A DNA stretch of 63,858 nucleotides, counting the filler, from Octopus bimaculoides (Eukaryota): assembly GCF_001194135.2 (NCBI RefSeq). It is 9 parts of 7 records of this genome, joined end to end, with 100 filler letters (N's around TTAATTAATTAA, not from the genome) between each part and the next. Parts side by side here need not be neighbours in the genome. Positions count along the whole stretch, not along the records: positions 48,343 to 54,341 come from NC_068984.1; positions 54,442 to 62,671 come from NC_068982.1; positions 62,772 to 63,858 come from NC_068981.1; 6 more parts are not named here. One strand, given 5' to 3'. Every line of letters starts with the position of its first letter. Position 1 is the first letter of the stretch. Position numbers and translations under genes: made by a program. A model generated the notes under the pieces. The model searched no databases. It was not told where the DNA came from and saw nothing but the letters and a program-made list of their open reading frames with translations. Of this stretch, positions 50,582 to 63,720 are shown in pieces.

Positions 50582-51443
50582 TGACGGGGAATGTTACATG
50601 CACATTCAACACAATCAGTAAATGGAACAGTAAAAAAGGCAAAACATTTTTCCCAGATTCAACACGCTGCATTATTTTCGTTATGTGCACTCCAACGATG
50701 GAACATTGTAACAGTGGAAAAATGCAAATAACTGAAAAGAGAAGAGCACATATACGCGCATGCTCATTTATACCAATGTACGTATATGTATGTGTGTTCG
50801 TATGTATGCCTGTATGTATGTATGTAGGTAGGTAGGTAGGTAGGTAGGTAGGTAGGTAGGTAGGTACGTACGTACGTACGTACGTACGTAAGTACGTACG
50901 TATGCATGCATGTATGTATGTATGTATGTATGCATGTATGTATGTATTATGTATGCATGTGTGTATGAATGCGTCCTGCCCTAACTCTTCGAAACGCTTA
51001 GTTTAGAATGATGGCAGCTGACGAAGGAAATGTTCTCTATGTGGCTTGTGTGTTTTCCGTGCTTTGTTTATGTTCTGTTTTTCATTTTGTTCACGTTTTT
51101 TGTGAAGTCCTGTACCCAGATATGCATCTATATATACATGTAGATGTAGGTATGTATATACATGTACGTATATATGCATATACTTACATATTATTTGTAT
51201 TATGTATGTATGTATGTATGTATGTATGTATGTATTATTTATGTGTGTAAGCATTTAATATTCTTTTTTATTGTTCTGTCTTATGACAGTGCGATGGCAT
51301 GATATTGCAGTATCATTTAGTTCACATTCTAATTAGTTTATTTGATTGTCAGATCATTTTAACTCACCTCTGTTCCTCTTCACTCACACACATGCGGGCG
51401 CACACACGCACACACACACGCATACACGCACACACACACACAC

Positions 51444-51872
51444 ACGCTTCTTTCAGTTTCCATCTACCAAATTCACTCATCAGGATTTGGCTTCCTGAGG
51501 CCATAGCAGAAGATATTTATCTAAGGTACCATGCAGTGGGACTGAACCCAGAACCATGTGGTTGGGACTCAAGCTTCTTACCACACAGTCACGCCTGAGT
51601 TTATATTCATAATATGTTCAAAGCTTACTAACATTTCTCTTACTAACATCTTTCCTACTCTTATAACTTCAGATGTTTATTCTACTTATATTCTTCATTA
51701 TAAGTTTGCTTTTATCTTAAACCACATGGTTCAGGGTTCAGTCCCACTACGTGACACCTTGGGTAAGTATCTTCTATTATAGCCTTGGGTCAACCAAAGA
51801 CTTATGAGTGGATTTGGTTGACAGAAACTGAAAGAAGCCCGTCTTACAAGTGTGTGTGTGTGTATGCGTGTG

Positions 51873-51911
<39 letters not shown>

Positions 51912-52597
51912 NNNNNNNNNNNNNNNNNNNNNNNNNNNNNNNNNNNNNNNNNNNNNNNNNNNNNNNNNNNNNNNNNNNNNNNNNNNNNNNNNNNNNNNNN
52001 NNNNNNNNNNNNNNNNNNNNNNNNNNNNNNNNNNNNNNNNNNNNNNNNNNNNNNNNNNNNNNNNNNNNNNNNNNNNNNNNNNNNNNNNNNNNNNNNNNNN
52101 NNNNNNNNNNNNNNNNNNNNNNNNNNNNNNNNNNNNNNNNNNNNNNNNNNNNNNNNNNNNNNNNNNNNNNNNNNNNNNNNNNNNNNNNNNNNNNNNNNNN
52201 NNNNNNNNNNNNNNNNNNNNNNNNNNNNNNNNNNNNNNNNNNNNNNNNNNNNNNNNNNNNNNNNNNNNNNNNNNNNNNNNNNNNNNNNNNNNNNNNNNNN
52301 NNNNNNNNNNNNNNNNNNNNNNNNNNNNNNNNNNNNNNNNNNNNNNNNNNNNNNNNNNNNNNNNNNNNNNNNNNNNNNNNNNNNNNNNNNNNNNNNNNNN
52401 NNNNNNNNNNNNNNNNNNNNNNNNNNNNNNNNNNNNNNNNNNNNNNNNNNNNNNNNNNNNNNNNNNNNNNNNNNNNNNNNNNNNNNNNNNNNNNNNNNNN
52501 NNNNNNNNNNNNNNNNNNNNNNNNNNNNNNNNNNNNNNNNNNNNNNNNNNNNNNNNNNNNNNNNNNNNNNNNNNNNNNNNNNNNNNNNNNNNNNNNN

Positions 52598-52633
<36 letters not shown>

Positions 52634-52798
52634 GACGGGCTTCTTTCAGTTTCCGTCTACCAAATCCACTCATAAGGCTTTGGCCGGCCCGAGGCTATAG
52701 TAGAAGACACTTGCCCAAGGTGTCCAAGGTGTCACGCAGTGGGACTGAACCCGGAACCATGTGGTTGGTAAGCAAGCTACTTACCACAGAGCCACTCC
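51444..52798. mobile_element. Three SINE family A 5' halves (minus 51444-51597, plus 51720-51845, minus 52632-52798)
   Basis: Head and CORE-like segments; the last two face each other across (TA)n and an N gap. Confidence 0.85.
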
Positions 52799-53095
52799 AG
52801 GGTTAAATGATAACGGATAGGATTAAAATGAAAACGGATTTTGTGGTTATATCAAATTTCTCCCTACTACCTCTGCTATTCTTTGCCCTCAGCATAAGTT
52901 GTCCCCTACTGGGTCAACAGTCTGAGTATTCTGTGGTGTGTGTCATGTGGTGTGATATGGTGTGCGTGCGTTAGATAGTTTCCGTCTGGTGATTGATCGG
53001 GTTGAAGACATTTTATTTATTGTAAATGGATACATACAGAAAAAGAGAGAAATATTCATTATTACTATTAATCATATAAACTCGCAGAAAATAAA

Positions 53096-53821
53096 GATCT
53101 TTTCAGTTTAGCTGCCAATTTTCTAAAATTCAAAGTTTATTGAAAATTTTAAAATTTTGTACATTAATGTAGTTTTCCAAGCTGAATCTCAGGAGACATT
53201 TCACTTTTCCCAGATAAAAAAAAAAAAAAAAAAAAAAAAAAGTTATAGAAGTTTAAAGTATGATAATTTTCACCCAGTCAGAAAACAGAATTTGGAAGCT
53301 GTCATTTTGTGTTGTCAACCCTAAACTACTGAAATATTAGCGTAATTCTGCTTTACGCACGCCATATAACCCCTGATAACTTTTTCATTTCTTAGAATTT
53401 TCAGAAAATTGTTGCGAATTTGTTTTCTACACACGGGAATTCATACGATTATCCAAAAACCCAAACTAAAAATTTGTGTGTGCGTGATTTAAGGCCTATT
53501 TAGCTGTTATTTTTAGCACATCCACCACCACCCCAGTGAATAGAATATATTTGTCAACACGTGCTTTCTCACAGACAAAAGAGTTCTCGTTCTTGGCTTG
53601 ATACTATGGAAAGGCATGAATGTATCTGTGGCTTACGATTGGCAAAAATTACCCAAAATTTGCAAACTTTAAGAGTTATTAACTCTTTATTTATTGATTC
53701 ATGGCGAAAATGAATTCCATGGAATTGATTAGTATATAAAACTATATCATTACACCGAATATAAAATCAATTCGAACAGAGATTTAAGAGATTGAAAATT
53801 GGCAGCTAAACAGAAAAGATC
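53096..53821. mobile_element. Non-coding element bounded by 28-bp inverted repeats
   Basis: GATCTTTTCAGTTTAGCTGCCAATTTTC (53096-53123) versus the reverse complement of 53794-53821, one mismatch. Confidence 0.6.
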
Positions 53822-54275
53822 GGAAAATAAAATATAAATCAACGTCGATTAATCAGAAAAGGGATGCGATCTACTACGCACATACACCCCACCTCCAGCC
53901 CCCGCGCATTAATGACTCTCTAATGCCACTGAATAAATAGCAGGATCTTATATGCCTTAACGTTTTGATATTCAATAAATTTTACCCATTTTAAATCATG
54001 GAACGCTGGTTTACAAATATCGCATGTTATTTAAGTATGTTATAAGGCTCGGCAAAACTGTACCTATCTATCATCAAAATATTGGCAATTTACAGAGTAT
54101 TTTTTTTTTATTATATCCATTAGATAAACATTATTAGAATTAATTACACAAATATTTACTCTGTATAGATAAAAATTAATATTTATAGTGTTAAATGGGG
54201 TGCCGTTGCTTGTCTTCGCTATCCAGTGTATATGTCTCTGACATACATACATACATGCATACACATACATAGGTG

Positions 54276-54315
<40 letters not shown>

Positions 54316-54441
54316 AAAAGTAAATGAGTATATGCACATATNNNNNNNNNNNNNNNNNNNNNNNNNNNNNNNNNNNNNNNNNNNNTTAATTAATTAANNN
54401 NNNNNNNNNNNNNNNNNNNNNNNNNNNNNNNNNNNNNNNNN

Positions 54442-54489
<48 letters not shown>

Positions 54490-54799
54490 TGTGTGTGTGT
54501 GTGTGAGACAGCCTATTTACTCGATCCCACTTAATTTTGATATTTTTCATCCAATTTCGTTCAGGCTTGGCACATGCATCACTTATGCTCCACGGATTGC
54601 ACTACACTCTTCAGAGTTTTCACTTATGGAGTAATACTGAGTAATGAGGCTTCTTGGGTCAGAAAAACTTCCTCTCCATTCCTGCATTTTGATGGCTATT
54701 GTGGACTAGACAAGAGTGGTAACACTTTGCGAAGTACCATTCAGAAATTGATTGCCTACCTTACATTTGTATCCACACATTTGACACTTACATTTGACA

Positions 54800-56285
54800 C
54801 TTACATTTGACATACCTTACATTTGAGACTCCCACTAACCCTGCCATTTACAACGGAGGTCTTCCTCTCTTAGAAGATTTGGGTATGGCAATTCGAGGTC
54901 AACGATTGGACGCTTATTCTCTCAACTCTCCAAACAGAAATGAAAAGGCCTGTCCCACTTGCCTCATTCGCAGAGAAACATCCTACAACATCCTCAAATT
55001 TAAGCAGTACATTGCTGACAACGAGCCCATTCTGACTTCCGATCAAGCTGACGTATACAATTTCGTCCTCGGAAACACCTACACACACACACATTGGTTG
55101 AATTATACTCTTAGACGCACGCGGTGGAACTGGAAAAAACATTCTTCCTGAATCTTCTTGCGATGTTGCAGCATAATGGTGACCTTGATATTGCTGTTAC
55201 CTCCTCAGGAATAACTTCGACATCAAGAAAACCGAACGTGCCACATAATGCATTCCTCGGACGAAGTGACAATTTTGAGAAAGTGCAAACTCATTGTTTG
55301 GCATGAAGAAACTATGTCCCACAAATGTTCCCTAGAAGCACTTGATAACACAATGAGAGACCTTAGATCGAACGGAGGTGCGATTCTACGTTTTGCCGGA
55401 GATTTTCGACAAACTCTGCCTATTATACTCAAAGGCATATGCAATGATGAACTTAATTCCTGCCTTAAAAAATCCCTCCTTAGGTTGCATGTCCAATCGA
55501 AACAACTAACCAGCAACATCAGATCACTCCTACATACTGGTCAGCCTACAACCCAGTTTTCGGAAATGCTCCTTAAAATTAGTAATGGACAAATTACGTC
55601 GGACGATAACTAATACATTGACACTCCCACGATCGACCATACTGTCTCCATCCCTGATGACATATGTTTAGCCGCTTACCCAGATCTTACAATGGAATAC
55701 ATAAAATCAGTCGGGCTTCGCAGCAAGGCTATTCTTGCACCTACAGATGCAGCTCTCAACACGCTTAACTAAGACTTAGCTACCTTCTCAAGAATGTTGT
55801 TACAGATCACTTGACACCATTAACGATCTCAATCAGGTTACACACTTTCCAACAGAATTTCTGAACTCCCAAGATCCTCTAGGACTCCCTCCCCATCAAT
55901 TTCACTTAAAGTCGGTTGCCCTGTCATCCTCCTACGCAATCTAAACGCACCCACACTATGCAATGGAACTCGCATTGTAGTCGAACAAATGATGAACCCC
56001 GGCATAAACGATATCGTTTTTTCATTCCGAAAATTCCGCTAACTCCAACAGACTGCTCCTATCCTATGCAGATATTTCAGTTCCATCTCAAACTCAGCTT
56101 CGCCATGCCAATTAACAAAGGACAGAGTCAGTCGTTGAAAGTTGTTGGATTGGACGTTCGCTCGTCGTGCTTTTCATAGGGACAGTTCTACATCGGTTGT
56201 TCCAGAATTGGCCATCCAGACAACTTCATGTATGCTACTGAAAGAAAAGCAAACAAAATAAAAAATAAAATGTCTACAAAGCAAC
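54800..56285 (+). mobile_element. Helitron PIF1-like helicase pseudogene
   Basis: LDARGGTGK (Walker A), [84 protein letters not shown]; frameshifts and stops. Confidence 0.92.
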
Positions 56286-56416
56286 GATGTAGTAGTTGTT
56301 GCTCTACTGCAATCTGCACATCTACGCCAAACTGTAGCCGTTAGCAATCAGACTTCCTGCAAGTAATTCATTGATATTATGATTCACTTCCCTGATTGCT
56401 GTTAACAATAGATTAC

Positions 56417-57353
56417 CTTCAAGAGCAGATGTTCATCAAGAGGACACACACTGTCCAAGGTACCACGGAATGGAACAGAACTCGGATCCATGATCTGGGA
56501 ATTAAACACTTTACCACACAGCCGTGCCGCACTCATGACTTTTGAAAGCAAATTCAATAGCTATGTGTAACGATGGCACAAATGTACTAGTTGTAGTGGA
56601 CATTATTTTAAACAGCATCTTTTGCTGAGGAACAGTTCTGCTTATGTTTAAACGCACGCTGTTTGCACATAAGCATTCTCTAACATGTATTTTTGTACAT
56701 GCCATTATTCTATCTGTGTGTTTGCTATAGATTTTTGCTTTTCTTTATCATACAAGGCTTTCATTGAAAAAAGCTTCAATGCGGTTGTGTCAGGTATTAC
56801 GAGAAAAATAACTACATGACACAAAACGCCTCAGGTAAGGTATAGTATCTCTAATGCCTCCTGCAATTGCGATTTTATTTCATGGCCTTCCATTTATCAT
56901 TTACAACTAACTGCTCAAATTTGTGTTCAAAAAAACTTTATTCATTACCTAAGTTGCTTAATACCGTATCATAAACTGCTAACGAAAATGGTAATTATAT
57001 ATTTTACGTTTATCAACTTGAAACGACTTCTAATTGCGGGCTAAGTCAACTTAAACCGTCCAGAGGAGTGCACCATTATAACAAATTACACCGTCTAAAG
57101 GACGGGTGCATTTGCATGTGTATATATTAAATTAGTTTAGAGGTTGTTAACCTCGTAAAGGGATGGGTTCCTCCAAGGAAATACTGGTTCAATATTTTGC
57201 TATAATGAATCCATAAACGTATAAAACATCCAAGGGTATATTCGTTTCCCTCTGAAAAATATTATGCTTAGGTTATATGAATTTAATATTTACTTAAAAT
57301 TTACTGAGTATTAAGTGAATAACTTCCCAATCTCCATTTTCCTTTTCTTCTTT

Positions 57354-57385
<32 letters not shown>

Positions 57386-58121
57386 GATAGATATATAGAT
57401 AGATAGAGATATATGTCTGTATTTAAAAAATTCTCTTTTCATCATCAACTCCTGTTTCCATTAGATCCATAAATGATTCCCTTACTTATTTTACTCGTAA
57501 TTCATTACTTTTCCTCTAACAAGATTATCATCACAGTCATAATGTTCAGCTGGCTCCATTTCTTCAGTGAACCCGTTTCATGTTGGCTGGAAAGAACATT
57601 CAGAAACTAAAAATCAGCGTGATTTTTGTTCAGAGAAAATACAAAAGGTTGCTTGCAAGTTAATCGAGTTTATTTACGAGCAGGTCCATTATATTGATTT
57701 ACAACAACTTTTAATGATTATTTTCGTCTTCATTGTGTAGTTATATGTTTGATTTATGGCCTGTTTTATGAGTCTCGGACTGAAGCCTTCATCGTTTACA
57801 CATTACATCATTTACCGAAAGCAACGAAAAATTGGGCATAACATTTGTTTTTTTTTTTACTAATTGAACAGGTCGTTGAAATTGATAAACACGGTAGCAG
57901 AACTGTTCCTCAGCAAAAGATACTGTTTAAAGTAATGTCCACAACAACTAGTACAGTTGTGCCATCGTTGCACATAGCTATTGAATTTGCTTTCAAAAGT
58001 CATGTCTGCGGCGCGGCTGTGTGGTAAAGTGTTTACTTCCGAGAACATGGATCCGAGTTCTGTTCCACTCCGTGGTACCTTAGACAGTGTGTGTCCTCTT
58101 GATGGACATCTGCTCTCGAAG
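56417..58121. repeat. Long inverted repeat (arms 56417-56651 and 57886-58121) including a SINE A head and non-SINE flank
   Basis: The arms align as reverse complements over about 235 nt. Confidence 0.85.
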
Positions 58122-58262
58122 CAGACGTACTTCTAAAGGATACAGCTTGGATATTAGAGCTTTCTACATTCTAGATACACCAGTGGTGCCCCAGCATGAC
58201 CGCAGCTTTGAAACTGAAACATTTTGAAGAATATATGTATGTGTTTTTGCGTGTGAGTGTGT

Positions 58263-58298
<36 letters not shown>

Positions 58299-59532
58299 GT
58301 ATGTATAACAAAGGGTGTCAAAACACCTACAATGCTAGAAATAAGAGCTAAAGTGCTTTGATACTGGAGTCAACGCACACATAATTGTATACTTACGTAT
58401 AAAATTATGTGCGCTGACTACAGTATCACAACACTCTAGCTCTTATTTCTAGCATTGCATGTGTTCTAGCACACTCTGTCGTATTTAATGACAATTATAC
58501 TTTTCCCTTTTCGTGATACATTGCTAAGCTGCTGCCTAATTTAATTATATATACATACATACTTGTATATATGAATACTTATTGATACATCTGTATATAT
58601 ACACCCCTATATACATATGCATATGTGTGTGTGAGGGATAATTTTGCACACAAGTGTGTGTTTTGTGTGATGTATCTGCACATTAACCTCTGTGATCGCA
58701 TTCCAGTGCAATTAAATAAACACGAAATGAAGATACACATGCTGCTCTTATTTCTTACGAATATTCTGTTTCGGAAATCATAACTAAACATCTGCCACTA
58801 ATATAAACAAAGATTAATGAGGTATTATTGGGAACTTACAGTTCGATTCGATGTCTGTAAAATGTAGCCTCGAATTTCAGATAAAATATTATGCCGCATT
58901 CTGTTGAGCAAGAATTAATCATTCCAAGTTTCATCGCCAATATTTTTTGGTGAACATACACAGAAATACATTCGAAGTAAAACGTTGATAAATATTTGTA
59001 GCTGTAGTTGTTCGCAACAAGCACAATAGCTTGTATATAAAAAATACACTGAAGATTACTGTTAATTGTGTTGAATCAGTTGGATTAGTTCAAGAACGCT
59101 GGACGACAGAGGAAAGAGGAAGTAAAACGACAAGAGAGAAAATGAAGGCCGCAACTACCGAAGTCTCAACCACGGATCCCTAATGGGGTTTGCAACAAAG
59201 ACTTCCATGCAAGAATCGACCTCATTTGTCATCAGAAGCATGATCATGGACAGAGGGAACGAAGTGGTCAAGAAGAAACCAAATGAATTACCGGAAATAC
59301 GATAAAACGCTGACGAAGGTATTTCGTGAGGTCTAGCTCAAAATCTATTGATGTGAAATGAATTTCTTGTAAAGGAATGTGCAAATTCACCATGAGTTAG
59401 TACATCAATGCCAAGCGTGCTGCTTGTGCCCAGTAGTCGAGTTACGCTAATGAAATCGAGAGAGAAATGACACTTTTACAATTATGAGGATTATCATAAT
59501 GAACACACAAATTTTTCTAGTAATATATATCC

Positions 59533-59630
59533 GGGTCAATAAATCAAGTACCAGTTGCGTACTGGGGTTGATCTAATAGACTGATCACCTCCCCCAAAAA
59601 TTCGGGCTTTGTGCCTAGAGAAGAAAAGTA
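59533..59630 (+). mobile_element. SINE family C, 3' fragment
   Basis: GGGTCAATAAATCAAGTACCAGTTGCGTACTGGGG..AAATTCGGGCTTTGTGCCTAGAG. Confidence 0.75.
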
Positions 59631-62109
59631 TCCACATGTATTTAAAGTTATGTATTAGAAGTATAGCTGACGCGAACGAAGTGTGAACAAAACAATACTT
59701 CCATTTTGCTTTCTTTCGTTCTATACCACGACTCGCCGTAATGTGTGAAACATCGATATTATTCTGAAGCATTTTACTCGAAAAGCAGTATATATTTTCA
59801 TAATTTAAGACAGACTAAGATAAGATCTATTTAAAAGTAAGTATTAAATCCACTATAAATGTCGAAATGATAATAGCTTGCAAATATATGATAGAATGGA
59901 AATTGATACTTATATTGCAATAAAACACGAGTAAAAGACAATTACGGAAGGGAAATGTTTAATGCACAAACAATGACACAAATTATGTCAGAAAATTGAA
60001 GAGTTGTTTCTTAATAGAATCTGAAGAAATATTAAATATGTCAATTGAGATCTCAGAAGAAAGAAACTCTATCTTCGAAATGATAAAGGTGGAAACATAC
60101 GCAAAGAAGGAAATAAGAAACGACAATGTCAAAATTGTTTGAAACAGATAGGGAAAATATTACAACAAGATGATAGTACATATAGTGATTAACCTACCGC
60201 AGTATAAATATTTGATGACAGGCATTACGTCAACTGTTGTTGTTAAGTTCTACTGGATATATTTAGATTACATCGTCGTTATATATATCTATAAAGCAGT
60301 GTCTATAAGACTAAATCTTCAAAGCGCAACCAAATTACGCTGGCTTAATTTTCTCTGGGTTCCTGTTTGTTATGCTTCAACGACATGTGAAGTGCTGAAA
60401 ATTTACTAATCGGTGGTGAGGGTGGTCGTTGAAGTGATGAGACAGTGTGGTATACTTTTTTCCTGTACTTCGTTTTACATCGTACGTTAAAATGACATCC
60501 CAAGTAACATTTGTGACATGCAAGTGCAAACATTACTGCCGCGTAATTGATTTTAGAATTACACTTGTATGGATGAAGAATAGCCGTACACTGAAGTGTC
60601 TATTGGCATCTTCCCTTGTCCAGTTTGATTAAGCTTAATGATTTTAGGCTTACGCCCACGGAATGTTTTGTGACAATAGTCGTTTCTATTTGGCTTACGT
60701 TTTTATCCTGCTTCAGTAAATAAGACATCGTAGGAGAGGATGTGTGTATACATAATATATTTCACCACTTTTATTGCAGAAACGTTCAAGAAAATACTAG
60801 AAAGTAAAGCTATTACATATGTGAGAGTCGGATAACACCTAATGGTATTCACTGCGTATTCTTAACTCCATACAAAATAGGATATAAATGGTAAGCACAT
60901 AATGTACGCAATACAAATTGTTTGGCAATGAGAATATATTTTGTCAGTAAATTATGACTTAAAATCGATTGGAAAATTTTCACTTTTGAAAATAAAATAC
61001 AAAAAAACAAATATCAATATTGCATTACTCGACAACGTAAGGAACTCGATTCTCAAAACTGGTTCCTTGGGATAAGATCTCCAAAATATCGAAGAATATT
61101 TAATTCAATGTGACCTTGCGATAAGGATATTGTTGTGTGGAAGTAGAACACACCTATTGGTTGGCTCCTAACGGGCTGTGCCACAATATAAGTGGGAACA
61201 CACACAGAGCCTTCAGGGCAGTCTAAAGCCGAGAGTTGCGTATTGTCGAGGGTTATTACCAGTATCTTGAGTAGAACGATTTGCAAGGACATTATTATTG
61301 TCCCGTTATATCGTACGTGGAATGTGTGATACAACAGAAATGCATTATACAACAAGAAATCATAATAGTTGTTTACTTAAAAATGCCCAAACACCCTGAA
61401 ATAAAATATAAGCATGATGACCTACATACTTTTCGATAGGAGCAAGTGATAACATGGAAGTGGTGTCTCATAAGTCTGCATGTGACTGTGTACACATATA
61501 CATACATACATACATACATGCATACATACATACATACATACATACATACACACATGCATATATACATGCATACATATAGAAGTGTTTGTGCCTGTGTACT
61601 TATATATATAGATNNNNNNNNNNNNNNNNNNNNNNNNNNNNNNNNNNNNNNNNNNNNNNNNNNNNNNNNNNNNNNNNNNNNNNNNNNNNNNNNNNNNNNN
61701 NNNNNNNNNNNNNNNNNNNNNNNNNNNNNNNNNNNNNNNNNNNNNNNNNNNNNNNNNNNNNNNNNNNNNNNNNNNNNNNNNNNNNNNNNNNNNNNNNNNN
61801 NNNNNNNNNNNNNNNNNNNNNNNNNNNNNNNNNNNNNNNNNNNNNNNNNNNNNNNNNNNNNNNNNNNNNNNNNNNNNNNNNNNNNNNNNNNNNNNNNNNN
61901 NNNNNNNNNNNNNNNNNNNNNCGTTGAGTTATCAAATAATTATAATACATACATATATATATATAAACATACATACATGCATACAACACATATACATACA
62001 TACAGCACACATGTAAACGAAATCACATGAACATCTCTACACACATATATATAAAACTATATATCTGCACGTGCCACCCTTACCTATTTCCTATCCAGCA
62101 ACCTGACCT

Positions 62110-62215
62110 GGAGACTATAGTAGAAGACATTTGCCCAAGGTGTCACGCAGTGGGACTGAACCCAGAACCATGTAGTTGGTAAGCAAGCTACTTACCACCA
62201 GCCACTCCTGCGCCT
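62110..62215 (-). mobile_element. SINE family A, 5' half
   Basis: CTATAGTAGAAGACATTTGCCCAAGG..GGGACTGAACCC..TTACCAC.AGCCACTCCTG. Confidence 0.85.
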
Positions 62216-62630
62216 GTGCTAGTCGAGAACTTTTTTTTTTTTTTTTTTTTTTACAAGACGATTGAAACACTGATTGGTTTTGTCAGATGTTTGTGTTCTT
62301 GAAAAACCAAGGCATCCAGAAATTAGATAAAGCGTTCGACGCTTAAGAAAGTAGATTTAAATATATTAATTTATTTCAAATATTGCTTAGAGGCCTATAA
62401 ATCTGTCTCGATCATCTTCACCTCTAACAACGTATATCCGCATATCATATAGAGACGTACAACAAGGTTTGAAAGAATGTTATATGATTTATACGTGTTA
62501 TATCTACGAACCTGTTTGGCATTATACATAAACATTTGAATAATGAACTATACATTATACGGAATATATGTATAAAATACACACGCATATATGTCTATAT
62601 ATATTAAAAAAAAACACACATATATGTGTA

Positions 62631-62671
<41 letters not shown>

Positions 62672-62771
62672 NNNNNNNNNNNNNNNNNNNNNNNNNNNNN
62701 NNNNNNNNNNNNNNNTTAATTAATTAANNNNNNNNNNNNNNNNNNNNNNNNNNNNNNNNNNNNNNNNNNNN

Positions 62772-62905
62772 ATCTGTTCAGTGGTTCTGTGAAAGCCATT
62801 ATTCTTCAGTGCAGCAGTGATGATGTTGTTTGGGGGATCGCCACTAGCAAACATCCATGCTCGCAACAGAAGATCTAACTCTTTCTTTTCCCACTTTGGT
62901 GCCAT
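62772..62905 (-). CDS. Partial Myb/SANT-like (trihelix-type) DNA-binding domain, truncated by the scaffold end
   Basis: MAPKWEKKELDLLLRAWMFASGDPPNNIITAALKNNGFHRTTEQ matches the W....E...LL.AW....I...L...GF.RT.EQ pattern; preceded by a long pyrimidine tract and AG|ATG. Confidence 0.55.
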
Positions 62906-62934
62906 CTTCGTTTTTTAAGCCCAGAAGGAGAGTA

Positions 62935-63720
62935 AAGGATAGAGAGGAAGTGAAAGATAGCGGGAGGTAGAAAAGAAGAAACACAGAGGGGGGAATAGGG
63001 AAAGAGAGAGGGAGATATGAAGGAAAGAGAGAGTGAGATATGAAGGAAAAAGAGAGGGTGATAGGAGGAAGAGAGGGAGTGTGGGGTGTTAGAGAGACTG
63101 AGGGAGGTAGAGGAGGGGGAGAGAAAGAGAGACAGAGTGAAGGAGAGGAGGGGAGGAGAAAGAGAGACAGAGGATGGGAGGAGAAAGAGGATGGGGGAGA
63201 AAAAGAGACAGAGGATGGGAGGAGAAAGAGAGACAGAGGATGGGAGGAGAAAGAGAGACAGAGGATGGGAGGAGAAAGAGAGACAGAGGGAGGGAGAGGA
63301 TGGGAAGAGAAACAGGAAGAAACAAGAAAGGATGAAGGATGTGAGAGGAAGGGAGACACGTACTGAGAAGAGGGGGAAATGAAAAGTGTATGAAGGAGAG
63401 GTTGAAGTGACAGAAGGAGAGGAAGGCGTTGTGAGATGCAATGGAAAGGGAAGAGAACTGAGAAAAGAGGAAGATATGAAGGCGAAGGAGAGAGATGAGA
63501 AAAAGGAGTGATATATGGAAAGAAGAGGAAGATATGAAAGCGAGGGAGGGAGATGAGAAAAATAGTAAGATATGGAAGACAGAGAGGGAGAGAGATAGGT
63601 GTAAAAAGATAAAGGGAGAGAGAGAGAGAGAGAGAGGAAGCGGTACTTACGAAAAAGAGTGGGAGCAGGTAAGGAAGATGTGTAGGAGAACGAAAAATGA
63701 AAAATCGTAATTCTAAATGG
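62935..63720. repeat. Purine-rich (GA) tract containing a 25-bp minisatellite GAGGATGGGAGGAGAAAGAGAGACA (about 63145-63300)
   Basis: Direct inspection. Confidence 0.9.

Noticed and set aside
57760-57805. Minus-strand ACGATGA-A-GG(cttcagt)CC-GAGA
   Set aside because: Three core substitutions and no helix I or III; at best a very old remnant.
59285-59330. CC-G-GAAATAC..CTGACGA-A-GGTATTTC
   Set aside because: GAAATAC/GTATTTC form a simple hairpin that would sequester the core; single occurrence.
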